The notes: generated by a model from the letters alone, not told the origin. A stretch of 62,643 nt of DNA, filler included, from Basidiobolus meristosporus CBS 931.73 (GCA_002104905.1; 3 parts of 3 records of this genome joined end to end with filler, not necessarily neighbours in it); one strand, 5' to 3'. Counted from the whole stretch's first letter, positions 12,617 through 24,290 are shown. Translations and numbers: made by a program.

Positions 12617-13146
12617 ATGCAGCTTTCCTTCCTCTTGCTAGTTTCCGCCATCGCTTCGTTGCAAGCAATCTCCGCTACCCCACTCGGTGACTCCCAGGTA
12701 GCCTTCACCAATGAGCCATGCGTCGAACAACAGGGTGCTTGTTATCAGGACACTTCGGCCCCAGTCAAGAATACCAGCCGTCAACTGAGGAGGGGGATGA
12801 TTCGGAGATGAGTGCTCCAATGCAGACAAGCGAGACTCCGGGTGAGCAGCCAGGATTCTCTGGGTTGCAAGGGTTCGACATTTCCAATCTTCAACCATCC
12901 CAAGCCTTGTTGGACAACATCAATGGCCATTCTGCCAGTAAAGCCAATGCCTTGTCCAACTCAAACCAGTTCGACCAAGCGCAAGTCATTGATCAAACCC
13001 TGTACCAGCCCAAGCAGCAACAGCCACAAATTATCATCACTCAGCCAGCAGCGCGTGCGCTTAGAGGGGGATACAAGAAGTATAAGAGATCTGCTCGTCG
13101 CCACTTCAAAGTTAGATATTTCAGTGGAAACAGATACTCGGATTAG
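12617..13146 (+). pseudogene. Secreted-protein family B (MQLSFLLLVSAIASLQAISA...), copy 1, one-base frameshift
   Basis: Signal peptide present; TATAAA at 12576-12581. ORFs 12596-12811 and 12718-13146 join into one frame if the C4 run at 12759-12762 is C5, as in the copy at 23999-24003. Could be an intact gene with a homopolymer sequencing error. Confidence 0.7.
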
Positions 13147-13369
13147 CAATAGAATAAAGGCAAAAGCCATGTAACTACACATATCAGGTTTAGTCATGAT
13201 GAGCTCCACAAAATAATGGAAGGAAATTGAAAAAATAAGAAACTATGGAAACGTTTGCAAAATACTGAGGGTATGAGTAATGACCTGATTAGTCAAGGAA
13301 AGGTGAGCTATGCTATACATAATAGTAATTTACCCAGTACACAAATTCATTATTTAACTGTTTCTCCAC

Positions 13370-13546
13370 ATGCGCTTTGTTACCGTAGCAGTGATTCCAG
13401 GCCTTGCCACGAACCATGTAGCCGTTGCTGCCCCTGTTCTTTTCCACGCACTCGCGAGTATAGAAGGGCTCATTATCGCAGCTCACCATGTGCACAGTAA
13501 TGAAGGTAGCAGCTTAGTCGCAATAATTGACCATACAAATCAGTAA
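13370..13546 (+). pseudogene. Secreted-protein family A, copy 2, 5' fragment
   Basis: MRFVTVAVIPGLATNHVAVAAP, then a small deletion shifts the frame. Similarity to the other copies ends near 13498. Confidence 0.55.
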
Positions 13547-14149
13547 ATCTCTTTCAGAGTTTTTTACTACCCCCGTGCCTTAATCCCTGTTACCTTATTT
13601 TTCGTATTGACACCATCCAACCATAAATAGCCGAACCGGTGTGTGCTAAGTGTAGGATATCTCCATATTGAGGTAAATTGATTTAGCTACACACGACATT
13701 ACTATAAGCAGGAACTACTCGTAACTTAATTCCGGCACTTTCCATCTTGGCGAATGTTGCGGGGGCGAAATCGCATTAACCAGAGACGTTTTGTAATTGG
13801 TGTATGGATCTGGAAGCCAAAACACTGGAAAGTTATTGCTGTTACTAGTTGGTAATTACCATATTACTTCAGCCACTATGTTCCCTCGGATAAACTTGCT
13901 CGACACAAAGAAAAAACCCAGGAAAATCGAACTCAAGACTTCGAGCGCAATCAGATTCCGCTATCAGACAAGCTTCCACCAGTAATAAGCCTTCTCTTTA
14001 GAACACTTTCTGATAGGCAATTACCAGCACTAAACCTTCTCTTTGGAATACTTTGAGATAGACAATTCTTCCAAAAATTTTCCTACTAGTAACTGAGGTT
14101 TGGGGAACCAATATAAAAGAGAAACGTAGCATGGTGTGCTGCCATAACA

Positions 14150-14848
14150 ATGCTTTTCCGTATAACTGACCTCGCTATTCTGGGTGTACTTGCCGCCTCT
14201 GTAACAAGCAAGCCTCTGGACCCTAAGATTGGCACAAACGGATTACTTCCTCCCTTGACATACTCCCCTATTGTGGAGGAGTTTCCGCCTAACCTGCCAT
14301 TCACAAGTGTAACACATCAATGCCTGATCAATAGTATGAACTATCCCACTTGGTATTCGGCCGTGCTTTCCTCCGAAGCAGACTTGCAGTTCCTAGACTG
14401 GGAGTATCCAATGAACGAAACTAACTACCAGGTTGATGATAGCGAGACCTCTGTGTCCCCTAACTCCATTCCCAACGGAGTCATGGGCTATTGTAACGGA
14501 GAGGATGGCGCCTATGGATCTACCTATCAGTTGTATTATCCAAAGATCAACCAATGCTACAACATATCGCCCAAACCCAATGTGGGAGTCATGAATTTCA
14601 GTCCTTTCGCTGAGAATACTTTCTGCTTCTTCAGTGAGGCTAACTGCCGTGGAGAGCGTGTGTGTGTCTACCGAAGCCTATCAAATCCTAGCTCAGATGG
14701 ATTGATTGTCCCAGCAACTACCAATATGCTAAGCAACGGAATCCTCAGTACCTTGGCTTTGTCTCCCAAGCCAGCAGATGGATATGTTTCACCACTATGT
14801 AGTGTGATTAACCCTCCCAACACCCATCTTGAGAGGAGCCAGTGCTGA
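14150..14848 (+). CDS. Secreted cysteine-containing protein, 232 aa
   Basis: Intact ORF with hydrophobic N-terminus (MLFRITDLAILGVLAASVTS) and TATAAAA about 30 nt upstream. The segment CYN...FCFFSEANCRGERVC resembles fungal beta/gamma-crystallin-like secreted domains (tentative). Confidence 0.75.
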   Translation: MLFRITDLAILGVLAASVTSKPLDPKIGTNGLLPPLTYSPIVEEFPPNLPFTSVTHQCLINSMNYPTWYSAVLSSEADLQFLDWEYPMNETNYQVDDSETSVSPNSIPNGVMGYCNGEDGAYGSTYQLYYPKINQCYNISPKPNVGVMNFSPFAENTFCFFSEANCRGERVCVYRSLSNPSSDGLIVPATTNMLSNGILSTLALSPKPADGYVSPLCSVINPPNTHLERSQC

Positions 14849-15217
14849 AGTAAAGTCTAGCACCAACATATAGATAATCAATAAACAGCAAATGAAATCC
14901 CACATGCACCGAAGCAATAGCAAACGACAGTTATCTTAACGATAACCAACATCCATGACCCAATACCCTGTACACTACACACAATGTAACTTTCAAGACT
15001 AACGTAGTTAATAATACCATGGTTGAATACTCAGCTTAAGTGAAGTAAGTGCTATTTAACCAAAATTATGCGATAATCGTCCAAGCGTGAACTACTAGCA
15101 GGTATAGTGACTTGCAGTGTCACGCCAGTTAATGACATTGGCAGTCAATGTCGATATGGAATCAGTTCATCTATACTTACAAACAATGCAAGCGCCGGAC
15201 GAATCAGTATTATCTCA

Positions 15218-15763
15218 CATTACCTGGTCCAGCTTTTGTAATACCTCCGTGATTGCGTCACGTGTCAATAAAATTTTGCGTGCTCAGTCACGATTCGATT
15301 CTTCCAAGTGGCAGTCTATACGGCTTCACGAATATTTAGCTACGTAAATAGCCAGACGACAGGTAACGTACATGTAAGCTGAAATCTAACTAGTCTGACA
15401 GTAAACGAAGCACTGTACCTCGATAAGTGACTTTCTAAAGCCACGGAAGTCAACGTAGTTTGAATCCTTCATCTCGCCGAAGACACTCAGCCCAAAAGTA
15501 GATTCGTAACTAGAATGTATAGACAATCAAAGCATAGGCGGTCATGTCTAACTCCGCTGCTTGGTGTGTATTACATAACACACCATGAAAGCCATCGTAG
15601 TTCTAACCAAAAATGGTCAGTATCTCAACTACTTGATAAGTGATCATCATCAAAAAAAAAGGATCATTTGCCAGAAATTTCGATCAATTTGTCATCCAGT
15701 TGCACGAGCCCATTATATAACGTGACTCGATGAACCTGATTTGGTATTCAGAACTAAATTACA
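15218..15763 (+). promoter_or_regulatory. Upstream region of DJ-1 gene copy 1, duplicated at ~17790-18340
   Basis: Near-identical to the region upstream of copy 2. Contains TGCGTCA overlapping CACGTG and a TATATAA about 45 nt before the ATG. Confidence 0.6.
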
Positions 15764-16519
15764 ATGCCAGCCAACCTTCCACGCAGAGCACTACTAGCCA
15801 TCACCAGCTATAACGAGCCCTTCTACGCCAACAGCAGTAAAACCGGACTGTTTTATACCGAAGCATTGCATCCTTACGAAGCGCTTGTTGAGGCCGGGTT
15901 TGAGGTCGATTTTGCGTCCGAGACTGGTACCTACGGAGTGGATGAGCACTCCCTCTCTAAGGATTTCCTGTCCGAAGATGATCAAAAGGTGCTGGCTGAC
16001 CCTTCACATCCTTTCAATGTCAAGCTGAACTCGCAGCTTTACAAGGCGGAAGATCTCAACCCTGCTGACTACGGGCTGTTCTTTGCCTCTGCTGGCCACG
16101 CAACCCTGTGGGATTATCCTACAGCTCGTCACCTGCAGCATATTGCTGAAGACATTTATAAGCGCGGGGGTGTGGTTTCGGCTGTATGTCATGGACCCGC
16201 CATTCTCCCAGGTATCATGGATAGTACCACTGGTAAGTCCATCATTGCTGGCAAAAAGGTTACTGGGTTCACCACTGAGGGTGAGGAAATGCTAAATCTG
16301 CTTGAGCTGATCAAATCGGCCAATGTGGCTACAATCGAGGAAGGAGCAGCGGCGGTCGGGGCAGAGTATGTGGCACCCCCTACTCCTTTTGCCGACTTTA
16401 CTCAGACTGATGGTCGTGTGGTCACTGGCGCTAACCCTGCAAGTGCCAAATCTACTGCGGTGAATGCTATCAAAGTGTTCTCGAGTCTTTGTGAGGCTGT
16501 CCATGTGTATAATATGTAA
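15764..16519 (+). CDS. HSP31: DJ-1/PfpI family protein (Hsp31 / glutathione-independent glyoxalase III-like), 251 aa
   Basis: TGLFYTEALHP Glu motif, FFASAGHATLWDYP, nucleophile elbow SAVCHGPA, and VVTGANPASA. Intronless; 9-aa C-terminal extension relative to copy 2. Confidence 0.92.
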   Translation: MPANLPRRALLAITSYNEPFYANSSKTGLFYTEALHPYEALVEAGFEVDFASETGTYGVDEHSLSKDFLSEDDQKVLADPSHPFNVKLNSQLYKAEDLNPADYGLFFASAGHATLWDYPTARHLQHIAEDIYKRGGVVSAVCHGPAILPGIMDSTTGKSIIAGKKVTGFTTEGEEMLNLLELIKSANVATIEEGAAAVGAEYVAPPTPFADFTQTDGRVVTGANPASAKSTAVNAIKVFSSLCEAVHVYNM

Positions 16520-18340
16520 TCCTTGTTCATTGTAAAGAGAGCAACAACCTTCTATGCAAATATAACGTACATAGTCATTGTATTTGTAGGTGAACTAACC
16601 CTAAGTACTACCATTGGGGGCTATAGCTTTGTTTACCCTAACCATGAAAGCTCCACAGATTGCTACTCCTGTTCAGTAACAATTTCAGCACTGAATAGTT
16701 TGATAGATATATCTAGCAGACCTAGCTATTCACGTATCTGTGCCTCATATCAATGGACTTTTCAAATATTATCATTCCCCACTTATTTATTGACAATAAA
16801 CAAACCCTCGATATGCTCAGACTCAGGAATGACAATCTTTATTCGTTTTCTCGTTACTTAATTTGAAGCAGAAGCTAAAAAGCCACGGCATGACTAGTTA
16901 CATGTTGAAGAATACTCGGCATCAACATAATGCTAAGAATGATTTTTATCGGCACGGTTTGTATACGGGATTGCGGCTGACAATATGTTTGTTGTTCACA
17001 ATTGCATCCTACCTAGCAATCCACTGGATATCGGGTAAAATACTGGTTTGGCTTTTGTGCTACTGTGCCAGCATGCTGAAGAAGGTTGTGAAGATTGCCT
17101 TCCAAGGGAGACTACGAGGTGTATCTTTCGGATTCAGTTGGCCATGAGTAAGACAAGAGTTGTATATGCATGCATGCAAATTGTATGGAATGTGTTCCCT
17201 GTAGAAGATAAGAATAATATCATCAACAGATTGATAGACAGGCCTGCTTTGTTCAGGTACTAAGGATGTCAGAAGTCAATTAGTGGCTCATAACTCTGAG
17301 GAATTACGCTATTACACATCTATGGTAGTTACTCCATTAATATTTTAATGGTTAATTGGCTTGTTTACATCTTTTATACAGAAACCTTCGCTTTCACCAA
17401 CTTTTCCGAAAACTTCTACAACTCCTCCTGCAGTTGCTCATCCCCGGCATAAGCACTGGGTTGGATTTCGTTTGCAATCGGGATAAAGTACCACTTATAC
17501 AAGATTGGTTGGCAGACTTGGCAGAATTTTGGAATGTTCGAAGGGATTTCCTGCTTTACGTGAGAATCACTGCGTTGTTGAAGTCGACGAAGATGTTTCT
17601 ATCACATCTTGAATTACGTATGGAATCGAGTTTGCCAAAAGCCCAAGAGGTTGTATCTTATTGGAGGGAAGACCCACAAGCTGATCCAAGCTAGTGGATC
17701 GCTACATGAAACCTACCCGGTTGGGAATTTACTCTGTGGGTCTAAGCACTGAGTGAAATGTGGTATTATCTCAGATCTGACATCCACAGCATTACCTGTT
17801 CCAGCCTTTGTAATACCTCCGTGATTGCGTCACGTGTCAATAAAATTTTGCGTGCTCAATCACGATTCGATTCTTCCAAGTGGCAGTCTATACGGCTTCA
17901 CGAATATTTAGCTACGTAAATAGCTAGACGACAGGTAACGTACATTTAGCATGTAAGCTGAAATCTAACTAGTCTGACAGTAAACGAAGCACTGTACCTC
18001 GATAAGTGACTTTCTAAAGCCACGGAAGCAACGTATTTGAATCCTTCATCTCGCCGAAGACACTCAGCCCAAAATTAGATTCGTAACTAGAACGTAAAGA
18101 TAATCAAAGCATAGGCGGTCATGTCTATCCCCCGCTGCTTGATGTATATTACATAACACACCATGAAAGCCATCGTAGTTCTAACCAAAAATGGTCAGTA
18201 TCTCACTACTTGATAAGTGATCATCATCAAAAAAAAATGATCATTTGCCAGAAATTTCGATCAATTTGTCATCCAGTTTCACGAGCCCATTATATAACGT
18301 GACTCGATGAACCTGGTTTGGTATTCAGAACTAAATTGCA

Positions 18341-19069
18341 ATGCCAGCCAACCTTCCACGCAGAGCACTACTAGCCATCACCAGCTATAACGAGCCCTTC
18401 TACGCCAATGGTAGTAAGACTGGACTTTTCTATACGGAAGCATTGCATCCTTACGAAGCGCTTGTTGAGGCCGGGTTCGAGGTTGACTTCGCCTCCGAGA
18501 CTGGTACCTACGGAGTCGATGAGCACTCCTTGTCGAAAGACTTTCTCTCCGAGGATGATCAAAAGGTGCTGAACGACCCTTCACATCCATTCAATATCAA
18601 ACTGAACTCACATCTTCGCAAGGCGTCGGACCTCAACCCTGCTGACTATGGCCTATTCTTTGCCTCTGCCGGGCACGCGACCTTGTGGGATTACCCTACG
18701 GCTCGTGGCCTACAGCATATTGCCGAGGACATATACAAGCGTGGAGGTGTTGTTTCAGCTGTGTGTCATGGACCAGCCATTCTCCCAGGCATCGTTGACA
18801 GCACCACAGGCAAATCCATCATTGCTGGCAAGAAGGTCACCGGGTTCACCACGGAGGGTGAGGTGATGCTTAGCCTGCTTGATATTATCAAATCAGCCAA
18901 TGTGGCTACAATCGAAGAAGGAGCGGCCGCTGTTGGAGCCGAGTATGTGGCACCCCCCACTCCGTTTGCCGATTTTACACAAACTGACGGCCGAGTTGTC
19001 ACTGGAGCTAACCCAGCAAGCGCACGATCCACCGCTGAGGATGCCATCAAGGTGTTCTCGAGCCTCTAA
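18341..19069 (+). CDS. HSP31: DJ-1/PfpI family protein (Hsp31-like), tandem paralogue, 242 aa
   Basis: Same motifs as copy 1. The proteins are highly similar while many synonymous sites differ. Confidence 0.92.
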   Translation: MPANLPRRALLAITSYNEPFYANGSKTGLFYTEALHPYEALVEAGFEVDFASETGTYGVDEHSLSKDFLSEDDQKVLNDPSHPFNIKLNSHLRKASDLNPADYGLFFASAGHATLWDYPTARGLQHIAEDIYKRGGVVSAVCHGPAILPGIVDSTTGKSIIAGKKVTGFTTEGEVMLSLLDIIKSANVATIEEGAAAVGAEYVAPPTPFADFTQTDGRVVTGANPASARSTAEDAIKVFSSL

Positions 19070-19887
19070 AGGGCAATATCTGTGTATAGAAGTAGATAGG
19101 CATTCAATAAATTCCTTAATTAACTCTCAATACTGTCTACATTGGTACTTCATGCATCTGGTGATGGTAAAACTATTGGATGCTATGGAGTACCAAAAAA
19201 AATCCTCTGGCTTCTTGTTGCCGCGTTGTACTTTTGCATTTTCTACAATGCAGAGAGGACTAGCGGAAATGTCATGTGTATTCGGAGAGCTGAGAAACTG
19301 TGAAAGTTAAAGACTTTTCCCAGTCTTTCTAAAGGATTTTATAGAGATGACTCTAGCAAAGGAGCCACAAGACATCATCAATGCTATCATTATGATTGAT
19401 TAGTTAGCAGTGTTTGGAGTCCATGGATATGACCAGTTGTGGTGTAAAGCACAACATACTCTCACACTTGCAGCGTGCGTTTATCTTAAGGAGCCTGTTT
19501 GTCAGACTTTTGAGTTTGCCAACTATAGTTCTCTGAATTTCACTACTTGGAGAGTGTCACTGTTGATCATTTTATCTTGCCTGGCCTGTCTACTGGGTGA
19601 AGCATGTAGAAATATATTTTTCTTGCTTGCTACTTCCACTATAGATAAGACCATTGGGATTACTCTTGACCACATCCGCGCACTTGCTTCCACGCCAATT
19701 GTGCAAGAGAACAACACCACAGAGATGAAGAATCCATGTGATGGCTTTCCTGTTTGTAATCCCGCATGGTTCTCTAGGGAGGTGGTGTCTGGACAAGCCC
19801 CTTCAGCCAAAAGGCCATTGAGGATAGCGATGTAGCCAATGGTGCTTATCACACATCCAAAGTTTAGGCAGTGTGCAAACATTGAGC

Positions 19888-20205
19888 TTAACGGAAGCCA
19901 TCTATTGCTTTCATGGCAAGTCCCACTGTTTTGGAGAGCGAGTTTGCATGATCCCACATGGCCCTGGCTCTTAATATAACACAATCATCCCTGCCGTCTC
20001 CGCTCTCATTAACACCGCCATTGCCAATACCTTCAAAATCACAGCTTCCAGCCCCATTTCCGTTATTGCCACTATTGCTAACCCCTCCGCTCCCACCATC
20101 ACTACCGCCGCTACTGTTACCAGTATCAAAAGCACCACTACCACAACTACCATTCCCATTATCACCACTGCTACCGCTATTTCCATTGCCAGCGCCGCCA
20201 CCACC
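19888..20205 (-). other. Gly/Ser/Asn-rich low-complexity open frame (possible exon)
   Basis: GGGGAGNGNSGSSGDNGNGSCGSG... is open for about 105 codons and preceded by an acceptor-like gctaaaattag. No ATG, so it is absent from the ORF track. Confidence 0.35.
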
Positions 20206-20431
20206 TAATTTTAGCCATCAAGCCCTTTTCCTCCGCATTATTTAAGCGGGCTCTGCTACATGGCTACGTATAATCAACCAATGGATGACTGAAACTAATT
20301 TTATGCGATATATGATACCTGTTGCTTGACGAGCATGAAGTTAGTGTCACGAATAAATAAATGGTTACTTGAATGGCATTGAGAAAGCAATAGAAGTATG
20401 GCAACTTTGTGAGGGAATCCCCCATCCAGTC

Positions 20432-20609
20432 ATGCAGCTTTCCTTCCTCTTGCTTGTTGCAGCAATCATATCTTTGTGAATCTCAGGCATCTCACACCAA
20501 CGACCTCTGTGCCGAGCAGTTGGGAGCTTGTTTACAGGAGGCAGTGACTTCCAACAACGAAGACCAATCCTTGACTGAGAATGAAGGCGACTTAGATTTG
20601 AGTGATTGA
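20432..20609 (+). pseudogene. Secreted-protein family B, diverged paralogue fragment
   Basis: MQLSFLLLVAAII, then after a frameshift TNDLCAEQLGACLQE, which aligns with TNEPCVEQQGACYQD of copy 1. Confidence 0.55.
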
Positions 20610-20699
20610 ATTATAATAAGTAAAGTTGCAAAGAATTGGCATTTTTAATGGCTGCTTTTTCAGTACAGCTAATGCATCATTAAACCTTAAGTAGTTTGA

Positions 20700-21400
20700 C
20701 AAAGCATAGGTCATCAATTAGACCCTCTATCTACCCATCATGAATGTAAGAGATTTTCTTGGTGGTTATACTCTGACTTGCAAGCCTCATGTGCTTCAAA
20801 GTCATTAAGAACCATTGTTGAGTATTACATAGAACAATGCACCTCAAGATGGCTTCATGTTACTGTGTGCTATTAGCCAGCTTTTGCTCCCTTAATAAGT
20901 GAGTAAACAACTGAGTTCCATACCAATTACACACAAGTATGAAGGCAGCAAGTGCACCTACAATATAAACATTGTGAATGCACATTCAAATCTACCACTA
21001 CATGCATATACAGAGAGCTTGGAAGGCAGGATTTCCAGCCGTTCTCATCTGGCCTATGCACCCATATATAGCACCTTTAGGCCACATCAAGGAGTCAGCT
21101 TGTAATTCCCAAGTTCATACTGGTGTATATGTTTTGCTTCAAATATTGGTTCTATTTACCAAAGTGTTATTGTGTAGCTAAAGTGGCATAGTAGCTTTCC
21201 TCTTCACTGAATACTTGCATCTTAAATTGAAACTATTGATCCATGACTAAACAATACAGTTGTGCTGTTGTTGGTATATATTGATGACTATTTATAGTTT
21301 GATCAATATGGTATTATTTATGATAGACATAAATAACTTTTAGTCAGCATACACACATATTCTGAAGAGCATTTCCAACATGCTCTCCAACTAAAGAATC
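20700..21400 (-). mobile_element. Relic of the local Tnp2/CACTA-like repeat family (5' part)
   Basis: Reverse complement shows patchy similarity to ~40300-40700. CpG-depleted; boundaries approximate. Confidence 0.45.
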
Positions 21401-21699
21401 TCATTCATTGCAAGTTTATCTACAATCTAGGAGTGCTTGGCATCCTAAAGAAGCCCTACTCTGGATACAACATGCATAATTCCCCAGGTTGTATCAGTAC
21501 ACATTCCTTGTGTACCATTGAGATTCTCAAGGATACATTGGATGCACCCTAATATGGATTGGCTAGCCTTTATGAGTAATGCTAAAGGGCTGCTATGTAT
21601 TGGTGATATCCATGGTTAGTGTTGAAGGAATGGCTAATTTTGTAGACAATGGCAGCTAAGCTTTATGTGAGCTGTTTTGATACAAGCTATCAATTTGTT

Positions 21700-22040
21700 G
21701 TGGGAGTCATGGAGGTATTCAAGTCTACTGAGAGAGTAAGTAGATTATTTGGCATTCACTTAGTGATATGTTTTAAGTTAAAGTAGAATTTGTACTTTTG
21801 TGTACTCTTTGAAGACAAGCCTATAGAATATGCTCAGGAATGTCCCAAGAGTATGTGTGCAAAGTTTAAGGCTGTATTGGCTACTTGGAATAGCTCCACC
21901 CAAAAGTACAGGTACTTAGCAAATGAAATGCTTCCAAGTAAACCCCAACAAGGATCTTGGTCAGAGCTCTCTTAGACCTGTAGACTGTTGTCAAGTGATC
22001 AAGTTCAGTGGATCTTTAGGTGTATTTACAAAATTTACAA
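21700..22040 (-). mobile_element. Degenerate solo LTR of the local copia family
   Basis: atgctcaggaatgtcccaagagtatgtgtgcaaag and ccaacaaggatcttggtcag match the minus-strand LTR at 62366-62643. Confidence 0.55.
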
Positions 22041-22546
22041 AGTAATGTATTTGCTGTAAACAATGGTTTTGTGTGCTTGCATATCTAGCTTATTGTCTTG
22101 AGCATACATTAGAAGACACAATTTAATATGCACAGAGCTCTGGACCCAGTATACTTTGTCAGGAGTATAACTCCAGCTTCAGTGATCTGACCAAGAACCA
22201 CCTATGGAGTGCACCCAGCCCCACATTTGATTCTTAGTATTACCATATCCTATTCTCTTCTACTGCCTTTTGCTTCAATCCAATATTGACTATATAAGCT
22301 CCCAAGCTCCTGATCTAGCAAATTTCTGGTTGAGGCAGAGAGAAGATAGTGAAGAAAATGCTGTGTACCTATATCATAAGCTTTATTGTTGCCAAAACGT
22401 TTTATTCATATGTGGTTATAGCTGCTTAATAGAGTCGAAAATCCTTTAATAGGCTCATTGTCACATCATGGTACTGGAAAATGCCAAGTGTTGACCTCTG
22501 AGTGCTCACTCAACTCAAGTGACCCTGGTGAAGCGGTACCAGTGCA

Positions 22547-22800
22547 GTGCCCTTGCCTCCCCAAGACAGTCTAAAATGCAATCCTGAACAAGGAGTGAAG
22601 GAACACACTGCTGGCCTTTACATCAAGAAATTGGCCAAGATTGACTTCATTACCCTGACTTTCAATGCCGCCAACCAAGGCAAGAATGAAGGTCTCAACC
22701 ACAGAGTGAAGGACTTAAATCTAGCTATCTTGGATGAGGCTGATACCTCTGCATCAGGAGGATATGCTACATTTGCCGTATAAACTTATTTTATGGGGAG
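22547..22800 (+). pseudogene. Alpha/beta-hydrolase relic (YcjY-like GVKEQTAGLYA family)
   Basis: GVKEHTAGLYIKKLAKIDFITLTFNAANQGKNEG...RVKD...SASGGYATFAV*T matches the family pattern GVKEQTAGLYA..LA..GF.TL.FDA..QG.S.G...RV.D...CASGGY. Internal deletions and a stop are present. Confidence 0.65.
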
Positions 22801-23856
22801 AAGCTATGCATGGCAGTCATTTATTCAATGACTTGGAGTGTGGCGCCTTCCTGCTTAGTGATGGAACATGGGTACCAATGGGCTCGCATATCAAACCTTC
22901 ATTCAGGCAAGCTACACTGATAAATCAATTGTGGGAATCCAGGTTTTCGAGTGTATTGGCACAGTCAATGCCGAACACATATAACTAACCAAAAGCGCGT
23001 ATATTGCAACAAGAAAGTCCAAGGTAGCCTCAACTAATCCATGTACTATCCACTCAATATTGTCGACTCTTGACAAGCACAAATAAATTTATTCACACCA
23101 GTACTCTAAGCCAACCGGGTTAAATCAATCTATCTTGCATAAAGCTACGAACGAAGCCTAATTGAATGGGATTGAGAAGGTGATATAAATCGGGAAAACT
23201 CCGCGTAGATGCGTAGAAGATTGTATATCAACGACTGAACCAGCTTTACGACCAATCAAAGGATTATTGCAATTATGGGTGCAAACAAGAACCATCCTCA
23301 AAAAAGCAAAGCAATATCCGCTAGTTGTTAGGAGTGACCATTCAAGAAACACTTAACGACAAAATGCTTTTCAGAAATATCCTCTTAGCTGGATCGCTTT
23401 GAGCAGACAGCAAAAAGCTCAAACCTCGTCTGTGGGATTACTAAGCAAAAAGGCGGCAAGGATATGTAACAAAGGCTACTGCTGGAGAAGGGTAAGTTGC
23501 CATGGAGTTTTCTGTACAGAAACAGTAACTTACAAGGTATTCAGTGCCATGGAGGAGTAGCGATTATCTCGTTTGGCATTGGATATGTAGCAAAGTGCAC
23601 CAGAGTGGTGTTACATCAACAATATCCAAAGGTTTAGTAAGTTTGCATTCTTACTGACGCTAAAGTCTTTTTGCAGTGGCTCCGAATATCATACTGCTAG
23701 CTTTATACTATAAAGCACTTGGTTGAAATTAAATGCTGATTACTATTTCGTGTATGCACTGTCTCACATTTTTTGAGAAGTAGCTTAGATCAATCTAGCT
23801 CGCATAAAGCTAATTGTGTGGGATCGAGAGAGTCCGCATGACTTCACCAATCAGTC

Positions 23857-24290
23857 ATGCAGCCTTCCTTCCTGTTGCTAGTTTCCGCCATCGCTTCACT
23901 GCAAGCAATCTCCGCTACCCCACTTGGTGGCTCCTAGGTAGCCTCAACCAATGAGCCATGCGTCGAACAACTGGGTGCTTGTTATCAGGACACTTAGGCC
24001 CCCAGTCAAGAACACCAGCCGTCAACTGAGGAGGTGGATGATTCGGAGATGAGTGGGCCAATGCAAACGAGCCAGACTTCGGGTTGCAAGGGTTTGACAT
24101 TTCAAATTTACAACCATCCCAAGCCTTACTGGACAACATCAATGGCCATTCTGCCAGTAAAGCCAATGCCTTGTCCAACTCAAATCAGTTCGATCAGGCG
24201 CAAGTCATTGATCAAACCCTCTACAAATTATCATCACTCAGCCAGCATGAAGTATAAGAGATCTGCTCGTCGCCACTTCAAAGATACTCC
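23857..24290 (+). pseudogene. Secreted-protein family B, copy 3
   Basis: Colinear with 12617-13130, with in-frame TAG at 23935 and 23995, internal deletions, and the TATA segment missing from its upstream region. Confidence 0.7.

Noticed and set aside
15794-16504. Short antisense and alternative-frame ORFs over the DJ-1 genes and over the pol genes
   Set aside because: Shadow ORFs of real coding sequence.
17356-17760. Possible gene between the DJ-1 copies
   Set aside because: The 112-aa ORF has no recognisable motif and the alternative frame has three stops; family not identifiable.
23364-23580. MLFRNILLAGSL start followed by a Cys-rich frame
   Set aside because: Stops after 12 codons; the resemblance to the 14150 gene is limited to about 10 nt.
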